Positions 30,197 through 40,283 of a stretch of 64,000 nucleotides of DNA are shown piece after piece (the stretch's first letter is position 1; each line of letters starts with the position of its first letter). A program made the position numbers and the translations under genes. The notes beneath the pieces were generated by a model. The model was not told the DNA's origin and ran no database searches. It saw only the letters and a list, made by a program, of their open reading frames with translations. Source of the stretch: a virus; IMG/VR virus record IMGVR_UViG_3300036670_000209, positions 1 to 64,000 of that record, one strand, 5' to 3'.

Positions 30197-30430
30197 GAAA
30201 TTCTTCCTAATGATTGTTTAACTGTGTATAGTACTTGATAACTAGCAAGAGGTCAACATGTATGCCACTGACCCCGGTCAGTGGGAAACCTGGGCGGACT
30301 GTGCAGTATCTTTTGATTGTGGGCATTTACCACGCAGCCCAACATTTCCACTATGTCGTGTCCACCACCGGTTCGGCGCACCAGGATAGGATAGGTTAAA
30401 TTATCCTGATACGTCGCTGCTAACTGAACT

Positions 30431-31840
30431 TTATTCACACACATTTTTCCGAACCTGTGCAAATGTCATGTCGCGTATCAGCTCACCATTGCGGTACACT
30501 TCCTCCAATGCGCTGGGCATCCAGTCTTCGCGACCACTGAAATATTCACCACGCATGTCACGCATGAGTACCACTCGCCCACGCTTGCTCTGTTTGCCAG
30601 AATCAGTGATTGGGTCCTTGTACACATCCTGCCATTCAAGAGTGGTACCGTTAACCGTGCCACCCCCTTGCTGGGCAGGAATCCTGATTCCAATGGATGA
30701 TGCTTTCATGGCAAACTGCAGAGTGTCACGATTTACCTGTTGCAGCAGAGCACCGCCCTGACCAAACGCAATATTATCTGCACTGAATCCAGCCATTTCC
30801 ATGCAAAATAATATGCTGCGAATGCTGGCATGATTAATACCATCACCCTGCAACACCCGCACCTGGTTCAGCACTCGATAGCCCTTGGCGTTTTTCACAG
30901 AACCAAAGTGTTTTTCCAGTATGTACAAACATTTGACCACCACTTCGCTGGGTTCACCGCTGTCCGGGCGAATTACCACTGTGGCACCACTGTCCAACAC
31001 CTGTTGCTTGAGATCGGTGCCCCATAACCTGCAAGCCTCATAGATGTCATAACTGTCACTCACACAGGCCACCAGTGCCCCTGGTTTGGCATACTGGTTC
31101 AACATGTTGCGATAAGCATCGACCTCATGATCACGACCCCAGCTGGTTACTGTGCTGTGTTCCATTGCAGGTATGCTAAAGCCGGCCACACCAGCAGCAT
31201 AGTACTCACGAGCATACAGCAGGCCAGTAATATTATCCGTGCCCATAAAGTTAACCAGGTGTGCTGCGCCACCGATACCACTACTTTCCATACTAGACAC
31301 GCCACGAGCGCCGAAATCATGCAGTTTGAAATCAATAGTAGATGGATCACCTGTTTTCTCCAATGCGTTGAGTATGAGTTTCCTGGATTCGCGACTGTTG
31401 GTAGCCACTGTGGTGGGATACCAGATGGCACGGAGTATGGCAGTTTCCAGGAAGGATGTGAGCCAGTAACATGCAGGGTCAGTGTTTTCAATGGTTGCCA
31501 GCACATTGCGGGTGGGAATAATGCATCCTTCTGGTGCTGCACGAATCACTACTGGCAGGCGGCCGCCATGTGTATTCAGAATATATTCCCAGCCCACGCG
31601 ATTGAATGGTTCGCCATGAGCAGTGATGATTTCAGCAGCCTGGTCAATGTCCTGCTGTGTGATGGGAGTGCACAGGTATTCCTTGATGAATGCTTGCAGG
31701 CCAAAAAACACAGTGCTGTCCCATTCGCCACCGCGTGCCTCCACATAGGAATACACATATTCAGTGCCTGGGGGATATTGATTGAATTGACTGTATTTGT
31801 AGGAGTCAGAGTTCAGTATGATGTTGTGTGATAGTTTCAT
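30431..31840 (-). CDS. nadV: Nicotinamide phosphoribosyltransferase
   Basis: DSYKYS, FFGLQ, WYPTTVAT, LHDFGARG, PAMEHS, VSDSYD, IRPDSG, QGDGI, KSKRG-like. Confidence 0.95.
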   Translation of the reverse strand: MKLSHNIILNSDSYKYSQFNQYPPGTEYVYSYVEARGGEWDSTVFFGLQAFIKEYLCTPITQQDIDQAAEIITAHGEPFNRVGWEYILNTHGGRLPVVIRAAPEGCIIPTRNVLATIENTDPACYWLTSFLETAILRAIWYPTTVATNSRESRKLILNALEKTGDPSTIDFKLHDFGARGVSSMESSGIGGAAHLVNFMGTDNITGLLYAREYYAAGVAGFSIPAMEHSTVTSWGRDHEVDAYRNMLNQYAKPGALVACVSDSYDIYEACRLWGTDLKQQVLDSGATVVIRPDSGEPSEVVVKCLYILEKHFGSVKNAKGYRVLNQVRVLQGDGINHASIRSILFCMEMAGFSADNIAFGQGGALLQQVNRDTLQFAMKASSIGIRIPAQQGGGTVNGTTLEWQDVYKDPITDSGKQSKRGRVVLMRDMRGEYFSGREDWMPSALEEVYRNGELIRDMTFAQVRKNVCE

Positions 31841-31868
31841 TTTAAAAGTTCCTTTTAATTTTGGTATG

Positions 31869-31925
31869 CCGGACGTCTTTCGTCTGGTCTTGCTGCTAGT
31901 ATAACATATCACTAAAAAATGTCAA
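31869..31925 (-). promoter_or_regulatory. sigma70 promoter and leader hairpin of nadV
   Basis: TTGACA-16-TATACT with TGn; leader CAGCAAG..GACG-AAAGA-CGTC. Confidence 0.65.
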
Positions 31926-31940
31926 CCACCCGGTGCACCG

Positions 31941-33107
31941 TTAAAACTTCCTAATACTATTGGTCAGTCGTTGCAATTGAACCAATTGGGTGGTGTGATC
32001 ACTGACCACAGCATCCAGCTGATCCAATCGCTGCCACTGGTCCTGTGATTTTTGCTCAGGATATTCATGCCCAGTTACCAGTGGTACTTGGCCAATTAAA
32101 CCAAGCATGGCGGCGATATCGCAAATGTGCTCACGCAAGTAGTTTTGTATCTGAGCGTGACCACATACCATGGGTAGATTTTTACTCAGGTGCTGTGATA
32201 GTTCCTCGCCAGACTCGTATTTTCTACACGCATCCTGAGTTACAAATAATTTTCCATCGCTGGATTCATAAACAATTTTCATTTTCATTTTTCCCTCACT
32301 GCATTGATGAATGCCACTGCTTTTTGCTGGTAGTATCCCCGGTCTATTCTTTCCTGTGATACCTGATGATCATGTTCCCACACCACATGCTTGCAGTAGT
32401 CAGATTTTAGTTCTTTCAGATCATCATCACTGATCTGGGCATTGGTATTCTGCTGATCCAGACATAATTCCATGCGGTACATATCAGTATAGTGGTCAAG
32501 GGTTTCTCTAACCAGGGTACTGCCAGTAATAACGGGGGCGATATCCTGCCAATTCCCCCGGGCGCTATCCCACAACAGGATGTCAGGATCACCCTCGATT
32601 GCCACGAGCAAATCCATCAGCTGTTGTTTTTTCATAATATAAATTCTGTGCCGCTATACTAGTTAATATACCAGTATACATTAAACCAATTTATATGTCG
32701 ACTGTGTTCCTGGGCCCAGCGCAGAACTGTACATATCGCACTGTGTGTTGGTGCATGCAAATGACTGTGCACCAGTGCGGGGCGCCCCACAGATACTGCA
32801 CACAGCAGACGGTGATGTCAGCAATGCTGGCGACGCCGGATACATGGGCATATGATCAGTGAAGGTTCCATCTGAGTACATGGTGATGATTCTAACAATT
32901 TGTTTGGGTGTTTTCATTTGATTTTCCTAAATTTTTGTAACATGTGAGGCACACGCTACCGTAACGGGGGCCACCATGACTACTGATGACATTAGTGCAG
33001 TGAGCGCACAGAATAAAAGCCTGAGTATAAACTCTTCCCCTGGGTTGTATTATGGGTTGCCATTCGTGGTCGTCCAGTTTAGAATAACCCAGGATATCCA
33101 AGTTCAT
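31941..33107 (-). other. Four small hypothetical genes (31941-32288, 32285-32635, 32681-32917, 32892-33107), two with CxxC zinc ribbons
   Basis: Coupled minus-strand ORFs. Confidence 0.6.
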
Positions 33108-33331
33108 ATTGGTTTACCAGCAAGGCTGTTCCAAGCCTGAATAATTGCTGTGTTGCCATTTGGTATATTGTCAAAGTCTGCGTGTATGGATATATTCATA
33201 CCACAATTTGAGTCTAATGTTCTTGTACACTCAATGCTCAGAGTTTGCCATGCATTACCATAACACTCCAAACTCCCGGTTGATTCTAGTACAGCAGGAC
33301 TCCCACACATGGCACACGGTAATATTTTCAT
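33104..33331 (-). CDS. Lar-like (restriction alleviation) zinc-finger protein
   Basis: LPCAMCG...C...CG...AIIQAWN pattern. Confidence 0.55.
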   Translation of the reverse strand: MKILPCAMCGSPAVLESTGSLECYGNAWQTLSIECTRTLDSNCGMNISIHADFDNIPNGNTAIIQAWNSLAGKPI

Positions 33332-33334
33332 AGC

Positions 33335-33565
33335 CTAACCTTTTTTATTCCACAAACGATTATTACGCCAGTACACCCACCAAAGAACAGCATTTAATGG
33401 CAGCAGACCCACAGTGCCACTCAACAACACCCAAATAAGCCACAGCAGTTGATTCAACAATCCAACTAACCACGTCTTTGGGTGCATTTTACCGGCCAAC
33501 AAAGTCATCCAGATAGTCACTGCCGATAGCAACCAGGGCATGTATTCCACAAGTAAGTTTGTCAT
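33335..33565 (-). CDS. Small 3-TM protein, weakly PnuC half-transporter-like
   Basis: Three hydrophobic helices, WLVGLLNQLLW, terminal WNK. Confidence 0.4.
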   Translation of the reverse strand: MTNLLVEYMPWLLSAVTIWMTLLAGKMHPKTWLVGLLNQLLWLIWVLLSGTVGLLPLNAVLWWVYWRNNRLWNKKG

Positions 33566-33575
33566 GTTTTATTTT

Positions 33576-33884
33576 TTATGATATGTTGTAGTTTAACAAC
33601 ATTTGATTATTTTTTAAAATTTCTGCAGGTGTTACAGTCATCATTTTTTCTGATCTACCATTTAATATGTAGTCACTCACACTCATTTTTTTATGGTCAG
33701 TGTGTGGTGTATCAGAACACAAAGTCCATTCACGATTGATTGAACTTCTTTTGTGAACATACACAAATATTGATTTTCGTAAATTAAAGTCCGTAAACAA
33801 TTCGGAAGTAATTTTAACTTCTGTTCCATCAGTTCTACACAATATCTGAGAAAATTTTGTATAATTTGATTCAACTATATTCAT
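33576..33884 (-). CDS. Hypothetical protein
   Basis: 102-aa AT-rich ORF. Confidence 0.6.
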   Translation of the reverse strand: MNIVESNYTKFSQILCRTDGTEVKITSELFTDFNLRKSIFVYVHKRSSINREWTLCSDTPHTDHKKMSVSDYILNGRSEKMMTVTPAEILKNNQMLLNYNIS

Positions 33885-33886
33885 AG

Positions 33887-34255
33887 TTAATGCACACTGG
33901 ATAGATAAAAATAGTATCCAACCTCAAATGCGCTGTGGTTGATGTTTTCATTTGAAAAATCATATGGATTTTCCGTTTGAGTAGTCTGATTCATATTTGA
34001 TTTTGCTGCATCATACCCCTCTGCAGACACACGCAAAAACTCTGATCTATACCCGTCAGTGAGAGTTTGGTTGAGACTTGTTTTGCTGCGGTCCAACAAT
34101 GATTGACCCTCAGAAAAACCCATGTCCCATGATTTTTTACATGTATCATCAATATAGGGATTTTTACTTGTTCTTGTGGATTGTCCCTTGCCCACACCCT
34201 GCTCATATGCAGTGGTAATTTTTAATATGTCAAAATCGGTTGGTGTTGAATTCAT
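33887..34255 (-). CDS. Protein with two Rmf/CrpP-like repeats
   Basis: AYEQG..NPY..WDMGF and AEGY..NPY..FEVGY. Confidence 0.45.
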   Translation of the reverse strand: MNSTPTDFDILKITTAYEQGVGKGQSTRTSKNPYIDDTCKKSWDMGFSEGQSLLDRSKTSLNQTLTDGYRSEFLRVSAEGYDAAKSNMNQTTQTENPYDFSNENINHSAFEVGYYFYLSSVH

Positions 34256-34623
34256 CAGATGTTTCCTGTGTTGGATGGCTGTGTTTTTTGTGAACGAAAT
34301 TTATCAAGCTCCAGCAATAGACTGGCTATTGCCACAGGGTTGCATGCTGCAATGTATTGCGCATCATTATGTGCTTGTTTGCTACTTTCTGTTTTATCCC
34401 AGGGAAAATCCCAACTATCCGCAGTGCATGCAATGGGGTAATGTTTGCCATTCACTGCATCAACAATCAGAACACCATCCGCAAAAGTTCCACTGGACCA
34501 TTCACCGGCCCTGGCCAGTGGAAGAAAACTTCTTATGGTTTTTTCAGACTCTGAAATATCTGTGGTTATATTTTTCGTTAAATTAATGGACTCATGAATA
34601 TTCATACTGTTTCCTCTGTGCAT
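34255..34623 (-). CDS. Ead/Ea22-like protein
   Basis: GEW ... DAQYIAACNPVAIASLLLELD. Confidence 0.6.
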   Translation of the reverse strand: MHRGNSMNIHESINLTKNITTDISESEKTIRSFLPLARAGEWSSGTFADGVLIVDAVNGKHYPIACTADSWDFPWDKTESSKQAHNDAQYIAACNPVAIASLLLELDKFRSQKTQPSNTGNI

Positions 34624-34625
34624 TT

Positions 34626-34784
34626 CTAACAGGAATCATCACAGGGCGCGTCGCCACATTCGTCACATAAAACTGGTGACCAGTGACAGCCATGTTGAGC
34701 CACGCCACAAACCGTAGGCTCCCCGCAGGTACCGCATTCACCATCTACCTCAACATCTGGACTGGTCCAACCTTCAGAGCACAT
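34626..34784 (-). CDS. 52-aa Cys-rich peptide
   Basis: MCSEGWTSPDVEVDGECGTCGEPTVCG...CDECGDAPCDDSC; AAGGA RBS. Confidence 0.6.
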   Translation of the reverse strand: MCSEGWTSPDVEVDGECGTCGEPTVCGVAQHGCHWSPVLCDECGDAPCDDSC

Positions 34785-34794
34785 GACAATTCCT

Positions 34795-35425
34795 TTATTG
34801 TATTCTTTTTATAATATTAAAATCAGTTTCCACAGTTTCACCTACTTCTAGATTCATCACGTGATCATTCCAAAACCAACGGTTATCCATGGTGGATCCG
34901 GCAATACCGCCCTCACACAGCCAGAGTGGCGCAGTGTAGCCATTGAATTTGGTCTCTGTGTCGAGTGTGACAAATATAGTACTAGTGAGGGTAAATTCTT
35001 TAAGCATGCGGTGAATCCATATCCAGTTTTTTATTGATTTCATCAATCATCTTTTCAAGATTCTTTGCGAAAACACGACTAAAATTTTCAGCAACTAATG
35101 TGCCGTTATCTAACTGTGAATTGAATACAGTATAACCTCTATATACTGCATGCCCACGTTTGTTATATGTAACTTGATGTTTGTTATCTGTGTTCATATT
35201 TTATACCGGTAAGTTAAGTTGGGTTTCGACACGTTTTTCCAGTATCTGTTGTGATAATGAATTATCTTGAACAGCATACCCTACTTTTAAAATTTTATTC
35301 CATTCTGAAGCAGATAGATAATTTTTATATAAACTCTTAGCTTTGTGCAATGATAAGTCTTTAAACATTACTATACCATCACAGTAATTTACAAACACAT
35401 AATAATTTATTTTGCAGTTTTTCAT
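34795..35425 (-). other. Three small hypothetical genes (34795-35046, 35000-35197, 35201-35425)
   Basis: AT-rich coupled ORFs. Confidence 0.55.
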
Positions 35426-35443
35426 AGCATAGTTTATTTTCCG

Positions 35444-35800
35444 TTAAGGTATTTTTATATCTTTGCATCCTACACAATCTTTACAACCTATGCAATCTTC
35501 ACAATCTTCACAATATTTACAATCTTTGCAACCTATGCAATCTCTGCAAGCTTTGCAATCTTCACAATCTTCACAATCTTCACAAACTTTGCAAACTTTG
35601 CAACCTATGCAATCTTTGCAACCTTTGCAACCTATGCAATCTCTGCAACCTATGCAACCTATGCAATCTTTGCAACTTACGCAACCAACGCATTTAAAGT
35701 TATTACTCTCGTCCATCTTTAAAGCTTGCTGATCAGCGGCTTCCTGCGATATATTAGACTTACCTGTATTGCCGTTATTTGTTTTTTCGCTTGTAAACAT
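35444..35800 (-). CDS. (Cxx)n repeat protein, copy 3
   Basis: Conserved ~37-aa leader, then 26 Cxx units. Confidence 0.75.
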   Translation of the reverse strand: MFTSEKTNNGNTGKSNISQEAADQQALKMDESNNFKCVGCVSCKDCIGCIGCRDCIGCKGCKDCIGCKVCKVCEDCEDCEDCKACRDCIGCKDCKYCEDCEDCIGCKDCVGCKDIKIP

Positions 35801-35803
35801 TGT

Positions 35804-36151
35804 TTATTTTCCTGTTTGACTATCTAAATCTTTGCAACCTATGTGACCCACACAACGCACACAACCTATGCAATCTTTGCAACCTTTGCAACCTATGCAA
35901 TGTTCACAAGCTTTACAATCTACGCAATATGTGCAATCTACACAATATGCGCAATCTGTGCAATCTACGCAATCTACGCAATATGTGCAATCTACGCAAT
36001 CGTTACAGTCTATGCAACCTTTGCAATCGTTGCAACCAACGCAGTTAAAATTCCCACCCTCATCCATTTTTGAAGCCTGTATATCAGCAGCTTCTTGAGA
36101 CATATTAGACTTACCTACATTTCCGTTCTTTGTTTTTTCGCTGATAAACAT
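35804..36151 (-). CDS. (Cxx)n repeat protein, copy 2
   Basis: Same leader, about 23 Cys at 3-residue period. Confidence 0.75.
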   Translation of the reverse strand: MFISEKTKNGNVGKSNMSQEAADIQASKMDEGGNFNCVGCNDCKGCIDCNDCVDCTYCVDCVDCTDCAYCVDCTYCVDCKACEHCIGCKGCKDCIGCVRCVGHIGCKDLDSQTGK

Positions 36152-36154
36152 TGT

Positions 36155-36511
36155 TTATTTCCCTGAGCAACTTATGCGACCTGTACAATCTGCACAATCA
36201 GCGCAACCTATGCAATTTATACAATCTTTACAATCTCTGCAACCTGTACATTCAGCGCAGGTTTTGCAACCTGTGCAATCACCAGAGCTTGAACAATATT
36301 TACAACCTGTGCAAAACCTACACTCAATACAATCCTCGCAATCAGTGCAATTTATACAAGCAGAGCAGGTTTTGCAGTTAATACAGTTAATGCAATCTAT
36401 ACAATTTGTGTTGCCCCCGGAATCCATTAAGTTGGCTCTTGCGTCCGCATCCTTTTGAGTAAACTTGGAAGTTGCTACATTACCATTGGCTGTCATTGTG
36501 CTGATAAACAT
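36155..36511 (-). CDS. (Cxx)n repeat protein, copy 1
   Basis: Related leader, about 25 Cys; start overlaps the RNA ligase stop. Confidence 0.75.
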   Translation of the reverse strand: MFISTMTANGNVATSKFTQKDADARANLMDSGGNTNCIDCINCINCKTCSACINCTDCEDCIECRFCTGCKYCSSSGDCTGCKTCAECTGCRDCKDCINCIGCADCADCTGRISCSGK

Positions 36512-37524
36512 TATTGTGCCCTGAGTAGAAATTTATTGGATATAACCTTGAAGGACACTGCCAGTTGATTGCACTTGTACACCAGCCCCTCCTGCCAGGG
36601 AGCCGGTGTCACTGGCATGCTACTGCGGGAGTCAGCGGCCAGTAACAGTTGGTCCATGGACTCAGTGAGAACTGCGGCTGAGGCAATCACTGGCACATGA
36701 GGCCAGCCCATGTGAGTTACCAGTTGTGTTCGTTGATCAGGAGTCAGATATTCCCCAGCATCTATATCAAAGATATCAAAAATCATGAATGTCTGGCCCC
36801 GCCGGGCATAACGATTGTCCTGGATGTCATTACCAATCAATTCTCCCTGCAAGGCCAGGTTTCTGCCCAGCTGCTCCAGCCCTGATTTCAAATATAATTC
36901 TCCAGCCACACGCCACGGGGTGTTTCCTGGACGGTCAGCCAGTTGCCAGTTGCGGCTGCACACACCAAATAGTCCCTGATTCCAAAACACTGTCATGGAA
37001 CTGCCATCCAACTTCTCAGTGACTTCCCAGGTCAGTGACTGGGTAGTCCACTGTGCTAGTTCCAGGGTCAGGTTCTGTATGCGTTCCTGATCAGTTTTGG
37101 GAATAAAGCCCGGCAATGCGCCTGTGACCTCACCAGCGATACAGGCAGGAATGGGTGCCTCATATTTGAGTATGTTCAGGGATTCTGATACATCATCCCC
37201 CAGCTGGGAATCACCGGGAGCAGTGCATACGGTGATGGGCAGCAGCAGACCCTGGCTCAGCTGGCCCCTGAGTCGAACGGTGCGTAGTCGCTCACCCAGC
37301 ACCTGCTCAAATGTGCGTGGGGCATTTCCACGGCTGAGAAAGGGTGCCAGCTCATGTGGAATCCAGCTGTCAGGTTCTGCATACACCACCAGATCACCCA
37401 GCAGATACTTGTTCACCTGATCCACCACCCACCAGCCGTCCACACGATATGCACAAATCAGGTCAGCGCCAATAATGGGTCGTATCTCAGCAATTTTGCG
37501 TATGGTGGCCATTTTGCGTGTCAT
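36511..37524 (-). CDS. RNA ligase, DRB0094/Rnl5 family
   Basis: N-terminal OB (PIIGAD, LRGQLSQGL), PKTDQERIQN, EKLDGSS, GELIG, EGLV, FKVIS. Confidence 0.9.
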   Translation of the reverse strand: MTRKMATIRKIAEIRPIIGADLICAYRVDGWWVVDQVNKYLLGDLVVYAEPDSWIPHELAPFLSRGNAPRTFEQVLGERLRTVRLRGQLSQGLLLPITVCTAPGDSQLGDDVSESLNILKYEAPIPACIAGEVTGALPGFIPKTDQERIQNLTLELAQWTTQSLTWEVTEKLDGSSMTVFWNQGLFGVCSRNWQLADRPGNTPWRVAGELYLKSGLEQLGRNLALQGELIGNDIQDNRYARRGQTFMIFDIFDIDAGEYLTPDQRTQLVTHMGWPHVPVIASAAVLTESMDQLLLAADSRSSMPVTPAPWQEGLVYKCNQLAVSFKVISNKFLLRAQ

Positions 37525-37577
37525 TTGGATTCCTGGTGTACTAATATAGTGTATTGAATGCAAGGGCGTCAACGTGG

Positions 37578-37784
37578 TCAAGCAATGACATCCAGGTCAA
37601 AATAGTCAGCCATTCTCTGAGCCAGTTGATGACCAGAGCCCTGATCGTCCTGCACAAATTGCATGCATTGCTGTACCACAAGTTGTGTGAACAGAGTCTG
37701 ATCCACGGTTACATGGGTGCCCAATCCACTGATCCAGGATCTACTGGTGGCTTGCTCAGTGAGCATAGAAATATTTGCGTTCAT
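37578..37784 (-). CDS. MNERI/FAELI family, divergent member
   Basis: MNANISMLTEQA...LFTQLVVQQC...DYF. Confidence 0.55.
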   Translation of the reverse strand: MNANISMLTEQATSRSWISGLGTHVTVDQTLFTQLVVQQCMQFVQDDQGSGHQLAQRMADYFDLDVIA

Positions 37785-37866
37785 ATATACCTTGTGTGCA
37801 GTGCCAACGGATGTTTGCTGCGTTATTTAACTTCTGCTACCAGTATACATTAGTGGGATTTGTCTG

Positions 37867-38148
37867 TCAAATACTGGGCAATAGCTGGCTGATCATGTCA
37901 GAAATCACACCATCAATTGCATGATTGTGTGCTATCTGGGCACTTGACTCCATGGTATCCACTGTCAGGTATCGTGCACTGGCAGCAGCCACACACTGGG
38001 CAACTATTAATCGAGCAAACTCCTCCTGGAACAATAGTTCCAGCTCACTGGTGCTGATAATTCGATTGTGTGTGCGGGCCATAACACCAGCCTGGTCGGA
38101 TGAAGTTATCAGCGCCTGATCTGCAAAGTTCCTGATTAATGGTATCAT
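37867..38148 (-). CDS. MNERI/FAELI family, divergent member
   Basis: IRNFADQA...EEFARLIVAQC. Confidence 0.55.
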   Translation of the reverse strand: MIPLIRNFADQALITSSDQAGVMARTHNRIISTSELELLFQEEFARLIVAQCVAAASARYLTVDTMESSAQIAHNHAIDGVISDMISQLLPSI

Positions 38149-38184
38149 ATGATTTCCTATATTATTAATGAGCCACACCGTGCA

Positions 38185-38394
38185 TTATTTCCCCCAGTGT
38201 GCCCATTTGAGTAAAAATACCATGTGATCAATTTCATGGGCGAATCTAATTTCATATGCCTGCTTGGGCCACCAACGGTCCATTGCAGGTGGCCCGTACT
38301 GCTGTTCACACCAGGAAATCAAATCTGCCCAGGGTGCTGTGGTTACTGCCCTGCCACTGATATCACGAGTGCGTACATGCACACGATATTTCAC
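38185..38394 (-). CDS. Small hypothetical protein
   Basis: WC..YG..RW..F..FLLKW pattern. Confidence 0.6.
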   Translation of the reverse strand: MKYRVHVRTRDISGRAVTTAPWADLISWCEQQYGPPAMDRWWPKQAYEIRFAHEIDHMVFLLKWAHWGK

Positions 38395-38894
38395 ATGAAT
38401 TCCACCAGTGTGACCGTGCCGCCAGTGGCACTCATGCGTTGGGCAAAGTTATCCAGCATGGATGTGATTAGTGCAGGATCACCTCCGGCCAGACCCATGC
38501 CAATGTACGGAAATCCAATTCGTTTATCACCATAGGCATGCAGCAGTTTTTGTAGGATCAGTTCAAATGCCACATACTCAAACACATCAGTGCCCTGGCT
38601 CATATGGTATTGAGTATAAGCATTGATGATGATAAAATTATCTTGGTTATCCTGCTGGGGTGTGTTAAACCAGGCATATCCCAGAGTCCAATTGCCCAAC
38701 TTGGCATAGTCACCCCTGGCAGTCATAGCATCAGCCTGTGCTACTTCTGGGTAGCGCGTTCGAATTTCTCGCGCTATACCGCCACCCATGGTATTAAAGC
38801 AATTACATCCTTGTACTATCAGATCAAAGTTCCCCTGTTGGGCCAGATCTAATAAATTACCCTGTGCATGTTGTAGCTTGCTATTTGTTGACAT
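38391..38894 (-). CDS. Macrodomain (ADP-ribose binding/hydrolase) protein
   Basis: GNLL, QGCNCFNTMGGGIA, NAYTQ, PYIGMGLAGG. Confidence 0.88.
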   Translation of the reverse strand: MSTNSKLQHAQGNLLDLAQQGNFDLIVQGCNCFNTMGGGIAREIRTRYPEVAQADAMTARGDYAKLGNWTLGYAWFNTPQQDNQDNFIIINAYTQYHMSQGTDVFEYVAFELILQKLLHAYGDKRIGFPYIGMGLAGGDPALITSMLDNFAQRMSATGGTVTLVEFM

Positions 38895-38944
38895 ATATTA
38901 TTCCAATGGTGGTGATGATTTGTATAAATTGTAGCATGTTTTGT

Positions 38945-39316
38945 TTATGCCGTCAAACCCATATTTTGCAACACTTCCAGCCCCTGCAGCCAGGGTAATA
39001 GATCTGCACCGTGTGTATCATTGTTAAGTATCACCATGACCCTGGCCTGATCCAGGGTCATATCAAAATATTTGATAATATCAGGGCTGGAAAACAGGGC
39101 CATGATAGCATCCTGTGCTGCTGGAATCAGGGTACATCGCTCGGAGTTCCAGGATGCTAGCTCCTCACTATGACGTATGGGATCCTGTGCTGCCATGGTC
39201 TCAAAAAATTCTGTTTTCCACTGATGTTTTGGCAGATCCACTGTGATCTGCAGATGTTTATACAGTTTGATGGCGGTCTGTATTTCTTTGATTCTGGTGG
39301 TATATGTGTGAGTCAT
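38945..39316 (-). CDS. WSHLPNA family, highly divergent member
   Basis: C-cap remnant AQDAIMAL..YFDMTLDQ..LLPWL. Confidence 0.5.
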   Translation of the reverse strand: MTHTYTTRIKEIQTAIKLYKHLQITVDLPKHQWKTEFFETMAAQDPIRHSEELASWNSERCTLIPAAQDAIMALFSSPDIIKYFDMTLDQARVMVILNNDTHGADLLPWLQGLEVLQNMGLTA

Positions 39317-39406
39317 GTGGATTATTGTATAATACAAACACTATAACATCTGACCACCAGCACGTCAACTACACCGGTTCCCATGACCGATCGCCACAGA
39401 TAGTCA

Positions 39407-39769
39407 CTATTCTGGTATCTGGTTCACTGCCAGGTATTGTAACCAAGCCCACAGCAATAATCCCCCAGGATCCTGTTTAAGTGCAATTAACACCAGTGCC
39501 TCCCCACTGGGCATGGTCATGTAACTGGCACATGACTCATGATATACCAGTGCCCACATGGCTGCAATATTAGCTGCGTGACCGTTGGACCGCCTGGAAC
39601 ACTCACTGAATATCAGCAACTGGTCGTTTGATATTGGATGGGCCACATGGTCCCATGTCTCCATGAGTGTGACAAATACCCCGTCGCAGTTATGCGAGCT
39701 AGTTTCCACTGGAAATTGTAGGACTCGATCAATGTGTGCCGAATTGGGCAGGTGACTCCATGCTGTCAT
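39407..39769 (-). CDS. WSHLPNA family member (divergent)
   Basis: MTAWSHLPNSAHIDRV ... ALVYHE.ASYMTM..DP..LL. Confidence 0.75.
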   Translation of the reverse strand: MTAWSHLPNSAHIDRVLQFPVETSSHNCDGVFVTLMETWDHVAHPISNDQLLIFSECSRRSNGHAANIAAMWALVYHESCASYMTMPSGEALVLIALKQDPGGLLLWAWLQYLAVNQIPE

Positions 39770-39797
39770 GATGTTTCCTTGGTTGTTCATGTGACAA

Positions 39798-40283
39798 TTA
39801 TAACACCAGATCTGTGGTTATCGTCTGAATTTCTTCTAAAAAAGTCACATATGGCACCAGTAGAATCGCGGCAGGATCGTCACTCAAAGCACTCCAAATT
39901 TGCAGTTGATCTGCGGTCATGGTCAGGTAGCGGGCACAGTGATCATAGGCAATCAGAGCCAATACTGCATTCCATGCTGCATCCCGTGCTGCGGACCATA
40001 CTGCATGCTGTGCCGCCGTGAGGGTGTTACTTATCACAGGCCATGCGACATCCCATACCTGAGTCTTGGTCACGATCCAAGCAGCTATCCGTGGTGCATC
40101 AGGTATCAGGTAGTTAACTGTTCTCAGAGTCATATCCATGCGCAACGCCATGCTTTCGCTGGTCTTGTCAAGTGTTTCCCTTGCGTGTTGATAGTTGACA
40201 CCGGATGCAGAGAAGGATGATGACATATTGGCTATCACTGCATCAATATGCAGTGCATTGGGCAAGAGAATACATTCAGTCAT
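39798..40283 (-). CDS. WSHLPNA family member
   Basis: LPNALHIDAV; AARDAAWNA; full C-cap. Confidence 0.85.
   Translation of the reverse strand: MTECILLPNALHIDAVIANMSSSFSASGVNYQHARETLDKTSESMALRMDMTLRTVNYLIPDAPRIAAWIVTKTQVWDVAWPVISNTLTAAQHAVWSAARDAAWNAVLALIAYDHCARYLTMTADQLQIWSALSDDPAAILLVPYVTFLEEIQTITTDLVL

Noticed and set aside
35463-36458. Plus-strand Gln/Ser-rich and NLC-repeat ORFs
   Set aside because: Antisense shadows of the 9-bp Cxx repeats; the minus frames have the conserved leader and translational coupling
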